Shown: positions 18,679-28,672, numbered from the stretch's first letter. The stretch is 64,000 nt of DNA from Pseudobdellovibrionaceae bacterium (GCA_016719575.1 JADJYV010000008.1:15440-79439); one strand, 5' to 3'. Notes: generated by a model not told the origin, from the sequence alone. Numbers and translations are program-made.

Positions 18679-19479
18679 ATGATTCTCGTCAAAGTTCTTG
18701 AAAAAAAGAACGTTATTCGGGCTTTTGGAGTCTGTCTTGTCCTCGCCCCCATCATCAATACCCTTGTAAAGATGAGTCTTCTGCCTGAGCTCAAAAATCG
18801 CTGGACCCTGGAAATATTTTGGAAAATCATCAGGGTTGGATCGACATTCAATCAGATTCTCTACGTTGCAACTCTTGTTATTGGTTTCATTATGCTTCGC
18901 GGAAATGCAAATGCTTGGAAGGCCGCACTCATGCTCCTCGCTGGCTATATCGCGCTGCAAATTTCTGACTTCAGCCATGTCAAAACCAATTCGATTACCT
19001 GGCTCTTTTTTATCACCAATATTCTTGTGTTTTTATTTATCGCTGATCAACTCGTTTGGAAAGTAAAGGCCGCACCTCTAAGCGCAACCGTTCAAAAACC
19101 AACTCCCGCTTTGACTCCCGCGCCAAACACCATTTTAACTCCCGTGCTAACTCCCGTGCTAACTTCGGTGCCAATTCCCCTCTCGCCACGGGCCCCAACT
19201 CAGCTCCGCAAAAGAATCCTTATTCAATTTACCGACAAAGGTCCGTGGGCTCAGCTGCTTGGAATTTCGAGCAAAGGCCTTCATGTAAAATGCCTTACCG
19301 AGCCCCCAGCGAATATTAAAAACCGCGAACTCGAAATCTCACTTAAAAATGGACTGACATTAAAGACTCGATTTGCTCGAAATATAAATCAGGATTATTA
19401 CTTTGATTATATTGAACTCAGCACTGAAAAAAAACGCTCTCTAAATCAGTGGATTAGATCTCAGTCCAAAGCCGCCTAA
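18679..19479 (+). CDS. Hypothetical membrane protein with a degenerate PilZ-like C-terminal domain
   Basis: 266 aa, starting 3 nt after the previous stop. It has about 4 TM helices, then a Thr/Pro-rich linker (LTPAPNTILTPVLTPVLTSVPIPLSP). The C-terminus reads LRKRILIQF...LLGISSKGLHVKC...ELEISL...TRFARN...YFDYIELS, resembling the PilZ RxxxR...[DN]xSxxG layout with substitutions. Confidence 0.55.
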   Translation: MILVKVLEKKNVIRAFGVCLVLAPIINTLVKMSLLPELKNRWTLEIFWKIIRVGSTFNQILYVATLVIGFIMLRGNANAWKAALMLLAGYIALQISDFSHVKTNSITWLFFITNILVFLFIADQLVWKVKAAPLSATVQKPTPALTPAPNTILTPVLTPVLTSVPIPLSPRAPTQLRKRILIQFTDKGPWAQLLGISSKGLHVKCLTEPPANIKNRELEISLKNGLTLKTRFARNINQDYYFDYIELSTEKKRSLNQWIRSQSKAA

Positions 19480-19496
19480 AGCATTTACTTAGGATC

Positions 19497-19997
19497 TCAC
19501 GCCGAGAGCTTCGCTCCTTGCATGATCGTGGGCCAGAACCAATCCAGCATGGGGTCCTCAGAAATCACTTCGTGTAAAAAAATTTGCGGCGGGGATTTGA
19601 ATCGTATTTTACCAATTTCATATTCAAGATCGTCGAAGCCCGGACCCAAAACATAAAAATGGAACTCTTTTGATTGCTGAAGTAACTCATTTAGACTCTT
19701 GCGCCAATCTTCTAAAATCTCAAATCTTCTTCGTTCAATAACTGCGTCGCACTTGACTGTGCTCATTTTCCATCTCTTATAAAGAGCCTCCTGCAAAAGC
19801 TGAGCTAATTTTGCGCGGAACTCCATTGGCGTTTTTAGAAAAAGCTCCTGAGACCCCATCAGAGAAACTAAATCAACGTTGGAAATTGCATTCTGCGCTA
19901 ATTTCAAATCCGCCATAACCTCTGGAATGCGCAGCAGTTGTGCACGAATTTCAATATCCTGAATTGATTCACCTCGGGTGAAGTATGCGATATTCAT
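19497..19997 (-). CDS. Hypothetical protein (166 aa)
   Basis: The ORF is convergent with the PilZ-like gene and divergent from gspC. Its N-terminus, NIAYFTRGESIQ...VDLVSLMGSQELFLKT, faintly recalls the FabD acyltransferase N-terminus, but no GHSxG motif is present. Confidence 0.45.
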   Translation of the reverse strand: MNIAYFTRGESIQDIEIRAQLLRIPEVMADLKLAQNAISNVDLVSLMGSQELFLKTPMEFRAKLAQLLQEALYKRWKMSTVKCDAVIERRRFEILEDWRKSLNELLQQSKEFHFYVLGPGFDDLEYEIGKIRFKSPPQIFLHEVISEDPMLDWFWPTIMQGAKLSA

Positions 19998-20148
19998 ACC
20001 TTTAAGCTAACAGATAGCCGCAGAAGGACCGAGTCCTGACAGACCAAAGGTCTAGGTCCAAATTTCTTCGTGCCCGAGATCAAGCCTTTTGTTAGGATGA
20101 TGTCTAGATTTGAAGGATTCAAATCCCTGATATGACAAAGGAATGTAA

Positions 20149-21078
20149 TTGGCTTTAGACAACAAAAAGACAAACCCAAAAAGACCTTTTTTTGAGAAGT
20201 TGCTTTCGTACCTTCTTTTTGTATTTCTTGGCTATGTTATAGCTGATCTTTTGATTTTAAATTACCGCGACTTGATGCTTCCGAACCAATCCCCGCCTTC
20301 TCATCCTAAGCGCTTGAACACAGATGGCCAAACTTCGCGCGGAGCATACAATACTCTTATTTCGCGAAATATTTTTTCATCAGCTGGAATTATTCCTGAC
20401 CCCCTCTTCGCAAAAGGTCAGGATCCAAGCAAGATGCACGAGGCAGATCCTGTCCTCTCTCAGCTGCCACTTAATTTGATAGGCACTCTGGTTCACTCCA
20501 ACCCCGAAAAATCCATTGCTGCTGTTGAAATCAAAGGAAAGAATCTAGTTATTTCTTATACGCCCAAGAGAAATATCGAAAGCTTAGCGACTCTTATTCG
20601 AGTTGAACGGCAAAGAATCGTCTTTAGAAATCTAAACACGAATGTGCTTGAATACATCGAAATGAAACCCTTTGGCAGTACCAAGGTCGCTTTCGGCACT
20701 AGCTCGCCCGCTCCAACGGGCGGAGGAACTGGTGACGTCAAAGCCGTTGGCAACAATCGTTTCGTTATCAAGCGTTCTGATTTGCAAAAATATTTGAACG
20801 ATCTCTCGAGCATTCTGATGCAGGCTCGCGCGGTTCAGGCCCGAGACAAAGTCACCGGCGAAGTCATCGGCTATCGCATAGTCGATTTTCAACCCAACAG
20901 TATTTTTTCACAGCTCGGAATTCAGCGCATGGACTTAATCAAGACTGTCAATGGCGAGTCCGTAGATACGCCACAAAAAGCGATGGAACTATTTAATATG
21001 TTTAAATCCTCTCCGAACGTCAAATTGACCGTCGATCGCGGGGGATCTACAGAAACTTTAGATTATAATATTCAGTAA
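20149..21078 (+). CDS. gspC: Type II secretion system protein GspC (PDZ-containing)
   Basis: 309 aa with an N-terminal TM helix (LLSYLLFVFLGYVIADLLIL) and a PDZ-like C-terminus. It is the first gene of the gsp cluster and uses a TTG start. Confidence 0.7.
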   Translation: MALDNKKTNPKRPFFEKLLSYLLFVFLGYVIADLLILNYRDLMLPNQSPPSHPKRLNTDGQTSRGAYNTLISRNIFSSAGIIPDPLFAKGQDPSKMHEADPVLSQLPLNLIGTLVHSNPEKSIAAVEIKGKNLVISYTPKRNIESLATLIRVERQRIVFRNLNTNVLEYIEMKPFGSTKVAFGTSSPAPTGGGTGDVKAVGNNRFVIKRSDLQKYLNDLSSILMQARAVQARDKVTGEVIGYRIVDFQPNSIFSQLGIQRMDLIKTVNGESVDTPQKAMELFNMFKSSPNVKLTVDRGGSTETLDYNIQ

Positions 21079-21108
21079 TTTTTAATCTGCAAAGGAAGGT
21101 GGATTAAG

Positions 21109-23346
21109 ATGAAAGTTTACAAAAAAACCGTTCTCGGAATAGCTTCGATGCTGACAACTCAGCAGCTTGCGCACGCGCAAAGCTTTCCGCCGCCTCCTCC
21201 GCCGCCCCCACCACCGCCGTCAATGCCTACGATGTCAACACATCTCGATGTCAGTGGCTCTCTGCCTGAGGGCGGAAGCAAGCTTTCAGGCCTAAGTAAA
21301 AAACAACAAGAAAAATTTGCCAAGGCAGGTCTTGAGGACATCACCAACGAAAATTTTCCGGAAGCCATTGAGTCTTTCGACTTTCCAAATGTCGAAATTA
21401 CCGATGTTATCAAAGCGATTGGCGAGCTGACAGGAAAAAACTTTATTATCGATCCTGGAGTTCGCGGTAAAATCACCATCATTGCGCCCACCAAGATCAC
21501 TGTGGCCGAGGCCTATAAAGCCTTTTTATCGGCTCTTGCTATCAATGGATTTACCGTCGTTCCAAGCGGCAGCTTTATGAAAATCAAATCTGCTAGAAAC
21601 GCTCAGCGCGACAGCATCGAAACATATTCTGGCACCTACTATCCCAACTCGGACCAGATGATCACTCGAATCATCCACCTCAAACACATTCAAGCAGAGC
21701 AAGTCAATCGCGACCTCCGAGTTTTGACTTCAAAAGACGGCGAAATGTCTGTCTATCCAGCGACAAACTCTTTGATTTTTTCTGATTATGGATCGAACGT
21801 GGATCGGGTGATGAAAATCCTGAGTCAGCTTGATGTCCCCGGATTCGAAGATCAAATCGAAGTGATCAACGTTAAGTATGCGAAGGCAAAAGACCTAGCG
21901 GATTTGGTCGACAAAATCGTCAACAAAGGAAATAAATCCACCGGCACTGCTCCTGGCTCTTTTTCAGCAGGCGTTCCCCGCTTCACCCGCTCATCCGGGG
22001 CTTCAGGACAACAAGGGACCAGCTTTTTTATGGCTATCCCTGATGATCGCACCAATTCGATCATTGCCATGGGCAATAAATCCGGAATTTTACGTTTAAA
22101 AAAACTCATCGCTCAGCTCGATTTCCGGATTCGCCCAGAAGATTCTGGTGGTGTTAACGTTTATTATGTCAAAAATGGAATCGCAAAAAATATCGCCCAA
22201 ACTCTGCAAGGAGTCGCTAAAGACGCAACTCCAAAACCCGGTGGTGGTGGCGGTGGACTACTCGGCGGCATCGGCGGCAATCCGGTTGCGGTTCAAGCCA
22301 CAGAGATTTTTGGTGGAGATGTTAAAATACAAGCGGACGAAAGCACCAATAGTCTTGTGATCACCGCCAGCAAGCAAGACTACGAGCAAGTTTTAAACAT
22401 TCTTAAAAAGATCGACATCGCTCGCGATCAAGTTTTTGTCGAAACGGTGATTATGGAAATGGCCTCCAGTGATGGCAACAACTGGGGAATTGGCTATTAC
22501 AAGTATGGCGACTCAGGTTACGGCAAAGCCGGTTTCGTCAGCAGCGGATTTGAGTTGGGCACCCTGCTCAATCCCGTTGCCGGTAGCGGGGCCACCCTTG
22601 GCTTTGCCGACGGCAAAACTGTAGACGTGACCGATCCCCTGACTAAAAACGTCTTGAAAATCCCGAACTTAATTGGTTTTATCAACTTTATCAAAACCCA
22701 CACCAAAGCGAATATTTTATCGACGCCTCAGATTTTGGCACTTGATAATCAAACAGCAGAGATCGAAGTCGGAGACCGTGTCGCCACCAGCATACAAAAA
22801 AATGTGGGAGCTAATGGTCAAGAATCATACACCCCGAACTTCGAAGATGCGACCATCAAACTCACGATCAAACCTTTTATCAGCCCAGCTTCGGATACCA
22901 TCCGCATGGAAGTCGATCAGAAAATTGCACAACCCACGCGAGTGACGAACTTGCCAAAGGCCATACAGGACAACTCTCAACCCTTAGCTAAGAGAAATAT
23001 CAAAACCACTCTCGTCGTTAGAAACAAAGACACGGCAGTTCTTGGTGGTTTGATGAAGGACACCGAGTCTGAAACAGTCTCAAAAGTTCCACTGCTGGGC
23101 GACTTGCCTATCATCGGCTGGCTCTTTAAGGGACGAGATTCGCAAAAATCCAAAACCAATTTGCTGGTTTTCCTAACACCCAAAATCGTGCGTAATCCGG
23201 CAGATCAAAAAGAAAATGTAGACAGCGCCCTTGACCGGCGTCTCAAGTACATCAAAGCCCAAGGTGGCCAAGATCCTTACGGGGAAACCATTGACCGCTT
23301 AGCTAAAAAACCCGTCAAGCCCGTTGATGACAATCAAGAGGAGTAA
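21109..23346 (+). CDS. gspD: Type II secretion system secretin GspD
   Basis: 745 aa with a signal peptide, N-domains (ITDVIKAIGELTGKNFIIDPGVRGKITI) and a secretin C-domain (...VPLLGDLPIIGWLFKG...TNLLVFLTPKIV). Confidence 0.93.
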   Translation: MKVYKKTVLGIASMLTTQQLAHAQSFPPPPPPPPPPPSMPTMSTHLDVSGSLPEGGSKLSGLSKKQQEKFAKAGLEDITNENFPEAIESFDFPNVEITDVIKAIGELTGKNFIIDPGVRGKITIIAPTKITVAEAYKAFLSALAINGFTVVPSGSFMKIKSARNAQRDSIETYSGTYYPNSDQMITRIIHLKHIQAEQVNRDLRVLTSKDGEMSVYPATNSLIFSDYGSNVDRVMKILSQLDVPGFEDQIEVINVKYAKAKDLADLVDKIVNKGNKSTGTAPGSFSAGVPRFTRSSGASGQQGTSFFMAIPDDRTNSIIAMGNKSGILRLKKLIAQLDFRIRPEDSGGVNVYYVKNGIAKNIAQTLQGVAKDATPKPGGGGGGLLGGIGGNPVAVQATEIFGGDVKIQADESTNSLVITASKQDYEQVLNILKKIDIARDQVFVETVIMEMASSDGNNWGIGYYKYGDSGYGKAGFVSSGFELGTLLNPVAGSGATLGFADGKTVDVTDPLTKNVLKIPNLIGFINFIKTHTKANILSTPQILALDNQTAEIEVGDRVATSIQKNVGANGQESYTPNFEDATIKLTIKPFISPASDTIRMEVDQKIAQPTRVTNLPKAIQDNSQPLAKRNIKTTLVVRNKDTAVLGGLMKDTESETVSKVPLLGDLPIIGWLFKGRDSQKSKTNLLVFLTPKIVRNPADQKENVDSALDRRLKYIKAQGGQDPYGETIDRLAKKPVKPVDDNQEE

Positions 23347-23354
23347 TTGAGCTG

Positions 23355-25049
23355 ATGGCAACGATGGATATCTCTAGCATTCTGCAAAAGAGCACATCCC
23401 TGAGCGCAGACCAGATCCGTTCGGTTTTAAAAAACCCCTCGGTTCTGAGGCCTGTGACCATCGGCGAAGCTTTGGCCCACAAAGAGTATTCAAATGCCGA
23501 GGAGCTCGTCTGTGATCTCTGCAAGGAGATGGGTCTTGATTTTATTAAGGACATTCCCATCGGCGATATTTCTGCAGATTTGGTTCGTAATATACCTATT
23601 AACTATGCCAAGCAAAACTCGCTTCTTCCATTTAAAGAAGAGTTAGAAGTCGTCACGGTACTCTCTTCGAATCCCTTAAACCTTAAGGCTCTCGATGATC
23701 TTCGCGTTTTGTTTAGCAAAAAAATCCGCCCGCTCATAACGACGAATTCTAAAATTCAAGATGCCATCAATCGCGTTTATGAAAAAAGCACTGCAAATCT
23801 CTCAGGCCTCGACGATCTTGAAAACGAAGATTATGACCTCGAAGAATCCACAATTGATCTTCTAGAGGCTGGTGACGATGATGCTCCTGTTATCAAACTC
23901 GTCAACAGCTTGCTCTTTCGAGCTGTCAAAGAAAAAGCTTCAGATATCCACGTTGAGCCCTACGAAAAAGATCTGGTCGTTCGCTTCCGTATTGATGGAA
24001 TTCTATTTGATATATTTAAGCCACCCAAAAAATTTCAAAACGCCATCACCTCTCGTATCAAAGTTATGGCCAACCTAAATATCGCTGAAAAACGTTTGCC
24101 ACAAGATGGCCGCATCCCTCTTAAGGTCGGCGGCAAAGATATCGACATTCGTCTTTCAACCGTCCCCACAGCCTTTGGCGAGCGTTTGGTCATGCGTCTG
24201 CAGGATAGATCCAACGTGGTTCTCGAGCTCACACAGCTCGGATTTAGCGAAGAAACTCTGCACAAGCTCGATGATGACCTGCTCACGCGCACCTACGGAA
24301 TTATCCTCGTAACTGGCCCGACAGGCTCCGGCAAATCGACCACGCTTTATGGTTGCCTCAGCAAACTCAACCAGCCCGATGTGAATATTCTGACCGTCGA
24401 AGACCCTGTGGAGCAACGAATCCACGGCATCGGGCAAGTTCAGGTAAACTCTAAAATCGGCCTCACCTTTGCCTCTGGTTTACGTTCTTTCTTGCGTCAA
24501 GATCCGGACATTATCATGGTTGGAGAGATTCGTGACCTTGAAACCGCCGAACTCGCCATCACCTCTTCGATGACGGGCCACTTGGTATTATCAACCCTGC
24601 ACACCAACGACTCAGCCGGAGCCTTTCCTCGGCTTTTTGACATTGGCGTCGAACCCTTTCTCGTTGCAACTTCAATTCTCGGCGTGATTGCTCAGCGTCT
24701 CGTGCGGGTGCTGTGCCCTCACTGCAAAGTTCCCTACGATCCTTCGGATTTTGAACTCAATGCCCTTGGCATTTCCCGCAAACAAGCCACCTCTGGAAAT
24801 GTCTGCAAGGCCGTTGGCTGCAACAACTGCAATCAAAAAGGTTATGTGGGGCGAAGCGTGATTCAGGAACTGCTAATCGTCAACGACGACATTCGTTCTC
24901 TGATTTTGCAACGAAAAGACGGCAATATGATAAAGAAACAAGCGATCGCAAATGGAATGAAGACCTTCCGCGATCACGGAATAACAAAAGTTCTTGCGGG
25001 CATTACTTCTATCGAAGAGCTCAACGCCAACACCCAACTAGATATTTAA
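23355..25049 (+). CDS. gspE: Type II secretion system ATPase GspE
   Basis: 564 aa with Walker A GPTGSGKSTT, the motifs VGEIRD and HLVLSTLHTND, and a tetracysteine motif (CPHC...CNNC). Confidence 0.95.
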   Translation: MATMDISSILQKSTSLSADQIRSVLKNPSVLRPVTIGEALAHKEYSNAEELVCDLCKEMGLDFIKDIPIGDISADLVRNIPINYAKQNSLLPFKEELEVVTVLSSNPLNLKALDDLRVLFSKKIRPLITTNSKIQDAINRVYEKSTANLSGLDDLENEDYDLEESTIDLLEAGDDDAPVIKLVNSLLFRAVKEKASDIHVEPYEKDLVVRFRIDGILFDIFKPPKKFQNAITSRIKVMANLNIAEKRLPQDGRIPLKVGGKDIDIRLSTVPTAFGERLVMRLQDRSNVVLELTQLGFSEETLHKLDDDLLTRTYGIILVTGPTGSGKSTTLYGCLSKLNQPDVNILTVEDPVEQRIHGIGQVQVNSKIGLTFASGLRSFLRQDPDIIMVGEIRDLETAELAITSSMTGHLVLSTLHTNDSAGAFPRLFDIGVEPFLVATSILGVIAQRLVRVLCPHCKVPYDPSDFELNALGISRKQATSGNVCKAVGCNNCNQKGYVGRSVIQELLIVNDDIRSLILQRKDGNMIKKQAIANGMKTFRDHGITKVLAGITSIEELNANTQLDI

Positions 25050-25062
25050 GGAGCACTGCTAA

Positions 25063-26287
25063 ATGCCAATTTTCGAGTACAAGGGCCTTTCCCGCGACGG
25101 ACGAAATGTCAAAGGAACTATCGACGCTGAAAATCTGCGTTCGGCCCGCACTCGTTTAAAAAAGGACAATATTTTCGTCGTAGAAATTCGCGACAAAAAA
25201 AAGGGAACGAGCTCGGGTGCCGGCAAAAAGAAAGCGGCACGCAAGGGTAAAGTCAGCGTGCAAGAGCTCTCGTTGATGACTCGCCAGCTCGCGGTGCTGG
25301 TGAAGGCCAACATCCCCCCTTGTTGATTCTCTGATGGCTGTTTCAGAGCAGGTTGAAGATCCCGTTCTGGCTGAAGCCATTGCCGATTGTAAAAATATGG
25401 TCAACGAGGGCAGTCCCTTCTATAAAGCTCTCAGCAAGTATCCAAATCTTTTCGATAAGATTTATATTTCAATGGTCGAAGCTGGAGAAATGTCAGGCAG
25501 CTTAGATGTTATTTTGGTGCGCCTCGCTGAATTTACTGAAGCCGCTGCCGAGCTTCGCTCGAAGGTTAGCAGCGCTATGACCTACCCAATCATCATGTTG
25601 GTAGTCACCTTTGGCTTACTCTCGTTGATGTTTGTTTTTGTAATTCCTAAAATGGTGGTGGTCTTTGAATCCGCTCCCAACTTGCAACTCCCGTGGTACA
25701 CCCTTGCCTTGATAAACATCAGTACTTTTATGGTAAATTATTGGTATCTTATTTTCGGCAGCATGGTCATCGCCTATCTGATTTTTAACAACTGGAAGAA
25801 TTCTCCGACGGGGTCTCAGCAGTGGGACAGCATAGCGCTCACACTGCCAATCGCAGGCCCTGTTGTTCGCATGGTCGCTGTCTCTCGCTTTACCCGGACA
25901 CTTTCTACCTTGCTTACGGGCGGAGTCCCCATGCTCAACGCCCTCGATATCGTTCGCAATGTTGTCAACAACCATGTTCTTGCTCTCGCCATAGACGACG
26001 CCCGCAGTAATATTAGCGAGGGGGAATCTATCGCAGGGCCCCTTAAGAAGTCCGGACAATTTCCACCGATCGTGATTCACATGGTCAACATTGGAGAAAA
26101 AACGGGAGAGCTCGAAAATATGCTAAGTCAAGTTTCGGATGCTTACGACTTTCAGGTCAAAAACAAAGTCGACGGTCTCACTGGACTTATGGGCCCCGTG
26201 GTTATCGTCATTATGGGTCTTGTTATTGCGGTGATCGTCTTCTCTGTGATGATTCCGATGTTTGACATGACAAGTGCCTTTGGCTAA
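25063..26287 (+). pseudogene. gspF: Type II secretion system platform protein GspF, interrupted by a +1 frameshift in a C6 run
   Basis: ORF 25063-25326 (MPIFEYKGLSRDGRNVKG...LSLMTRQLAVLVKANIPPC*) and ORF 25334-26287 are the N- and C-parts of one GspF. Deleting one C from the run at 25314-25319 gives the continuous reading ...LVKANIPLVDSLMAVSEQVEDP..., about 407 aa. Confidence 0.88.
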
Positions 26288-26319
26288 GGTAGATTTCTAC
26301 CTTAAGCGGAGGCAAACAG

Positions 26320-26757
26320 ATGCTTAACTTCAAAGCTAAAAATATCACAGGTCAGAATAGACTTTTGAAAAATCAAAAAGGTATGACGCTTATTGAAATC
26401 ATGATTGTGATTGCAATATTGGGTGGCCTTATGGCCCTGCTTGCGCCAAAGTTTTTGGGACAAAAAGACAAAGCGAACGTTGGCCAAGCTAAGATCCAAA
26501 TGGGACAAATCGCCAATGCGATTAGCATGTATTATAACGACTGCGGTAAATTCCCCGCGTCTTTAGACAATCTAGTTACTCAGGATGCGGGTTGCACAAA
26601 CTGGGGGCCTGAACCATACTTGAAAAAAGCACCCATCGACCCTTGGAACAATCCCTATGCTTACGAGGGCGGCACAGAGTATTCTTTAAAGTCCTTTGGT
26701 AAAGATGGTCGCGAAGGTGGCTCAGGCTACAATGCCGATATCCCTTACGAACAATAA
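26320..26757 (+). CDS. gspG: Type II secretion major pseudopilin GspG
   Basis: Prepilin leader ...KNQKG/MTLIEIMIVIAILGGL, with the GspG-typical DPWNNPY. GGAGG Shine-Dalgarno upstream. Confidence 0.92.
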   Translation: MLNFKAKNITGQNRLLKNQKGMTLIEIMIVIAILGGLMALLAPKFLGQKDKANVGQAKIQMGQIANAISMYYNDCGKFPASLDNLVTQDAGCTNWGPEPYLKKAPIDPWNNPYAYEGGTEYSLKSFGKDGREGGSGYNADIPYEQ

Positions 26758-26766
26758 TTGAGGTTT

Positions 26767-27354
26767 ATGAAAAGAAACGGCTTCACCCTTATTGAAGTCA
26801 TGATCGTTATCGCAATTATTGCTGGCCTTATTGCCGTCGGAGCTCCCCGACTTTTAAAAAAAGATGCCAACATGAAAACCACCGCAAGACAACTTGCGGT
26901 CTTGGCCAAAGAAATCAGAAATCGCGCCAAGTTATTTAACTCCACCTACCGCTTGGTCATTCGCATGGACAAAGGGGACGAAAGTTATTGGGTCGAAAAA
27001 GGCAACGGCCCACAAATGGTAGAACCAGAAAAAATCGCCAAAGAACTTGAGGATCGTGACAAACCCAAAGAAGAAGGTGCTCCGCCCCCTTTGTTTGCTA
27101 TAGACAAAGCACTTACAAAAAAGGAACGCAGCCTCCCTTCTAACATGAGCTTTGCCCAGGTCGAAACTGCCAACATGTCTCAACCACTCTCCTCGGGAAT
27201 TGCTTATATTCACTTTTTTCCGCAAGGAATTATGGAAGCCTCAGCCATTCAAATTACTGATAAGAAAAACACCTGGACACTTGTTTTTAATCCCTTAACA
27301 GGTCAAGCTGATATCATTGAAAAGGCCGTGAACTTAAAGGACTTGAGTCGGTGA
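26767..27354 (+). CDS. gspH: Type II secretion minor pseudopilin (GspH-like)
   Basis: MKRNG/FTLIEVMIVIAIIAGL prepilin N-terminus; its position after gspG supports the call. Confidence 0.75.
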   Translation: MKRNGFTLIEVMIVIAIIAGLIAVGAPRLLKKDANMKTTARQLAVLAKEIRNRAKLFNSTYRLVIRMDKGDESYWVEKGNGPQMVEPEKIAKELEDRDKPKEEGAPPPLFAIDKALTKKERSLPSNMSFAQVETANMSQPLSSGIAYIHFFPQGIMEASAIQITDKKNTWTLVFNPLTGQADIIEKAVNLKDLSR

Positions 27355-27863
27355 AACAAAACAACAAGGGTTTTACTCTACTTGAAACGCTACTCGCCGT
27401 AGTGATTCTTTCGGCGGGCATCTTGCTTTTGACCCAATCTTGGAGTGGCAGCTATTTGCGACTTCGAAAAACTCAACTCAATCAAGAAGTCGCTGCTCTC
27501 CTTGAGCGAAAAATGGCCGAAATAGAACTCGAGTACCGTGGCAAGCCGCTTGAAAGCATCAAAGAAGAAGACGAAGACGACTTCGGGTCTGAATATCCTG
27601 ATTACCGATGGAAAATGACCTCCAGAGAGTTTCAGTCGCCAAACTTAAGTTCCATCATGACAGACAAAGACGGTGGTGCAAACCAAATGCTCCTCACCAT
27701 CATTCAGCAACTTACAGAGCACCTGTCAAAAACTATCAAAGAGGTCAAGGTCAGCGTTATCTATACCAAAGCGAAAAAGCCTCTCGAATTTTCCATCGTT
27801 ACTTATTTCGTTGACTACAATAAAACACTGTCCATTGGCGGAGCTGGGGGCGCCACACAATGA
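27351..27863 (+). CDS. gspI: Type II secretion minor pseudopilin (GspI-like)
   Basis: KQNNKG/FTLLETLLAVVILSAG prepilin N-terminus. A GTG start overlaps the gspH stop (GTGA). Confidence 0.75.
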   Translation: MKQNNKGFTLLETLLAVVILSAGILLLTQSWSGSYLRLRKTQLNQEVAALLERKMAEIELEYRGKPLESIKEEDEDDFGSEYPDYRWKMTSREFQSPNLSSIMTDKDGGANQMLLTIIQQLTEHLSKTIKEVKVSVIYTKAKKPLEFSIVTYFVDYNKTLSIGGAGGATQ

Positions 27864-28672
27864 GTGATCAAAAGGGCTTCACACTCATTGAAGTTTTGAT
27901 CACAGTTGCTATCTTGGGGATGATGACAATACTTGCGACTCAAAGCATCCAACAGGCAATTAAGTCCAAAGTGAAAATTCAGGATCAAATCGACGATGTT
28001 TCTCGCATGCGCGATGCACTCAGGCTTATTGAAAGCGACGTGAATCAAGCCTTCCACTACCGCGATGTCGAAAAAGAAATATCTGATCTTCTTAAAAAAA
28101 AATCAGCCCCCGCAAATCAGCAGCTCCCAAATCAAGACGCTTTCACTCCTCCGCCCGAAGCACCACGCGTTGATCCCACAACCCACTTTATGGGAAGCAA
28201 CGAAAGAATGGATTTTGTCACCATGAATAACGCCCGCATGGTACGCAACATGAAACAAGCTGATTTTATCGAGATCGGCTATTCTTCTAAATCATGCAAA
28301 AGCCTGACTGGCGAGATGGGAAGTTCCCAATGTTTGTGGAGACGCAGCACGACCTGGGTGGATGAAGATGTGACCAAGGGAGGCGACGAAGTTGTGCTTC
28401 TTGAAAACGTCTCTGAGTTCAAACTTCGATTTATTGGCAAAGGAAAAGACGATTGGGTCACGGATTGGCGCAGCGATACCGGCGGTGATGCTGTTACCAG
28501 GAATAATTTTCCGTCTGCTGTTGAGGTTTCTTTAACTGTTGAGCGCAAAGATCCAAAAACCTCAAAAATAAAAAAGTATTCAATGCAAATTGTGGCTCAA
28601 ATTCGATTTCCAAACAATGAGGAAGCAAAGGATGCCAATGCGAACTCCGGTAGCATTAAAACTACTCAATAA
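27860..28672 (+). CDS. gspJ: Type II secretion minor pseudopilin (GspJ-like)
   Basis: MSDQKG/FTLIEVLITVAILGMM prepilin N-terminus. ATGA overlap with gspI. Confidence 0.75.
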   Translation: MSDQKGFTLIEVLITVAILGMMTILATQSIQQAIKSKVKIQDQIDDVSRMRDALRLIESDVNQAFHYRDVEKEISDLLKKKSAPANQQLPNQDAFTPPPEAPRVDPTTHFMGSNERMDFVTMNNARMVRNMKQADFIEIGYSSKSCKSLTGEMGSSQCLWRRSTTWVDEDVTKGGDEVVLLENVSEFKLRFIGKGKDDWVTDWRSDTGGDAVTRNNFPSAVEVSLTVERKDPKTSKIKKYSMQIVAQIRFPNNEEAKDANANSGSIKTTQ

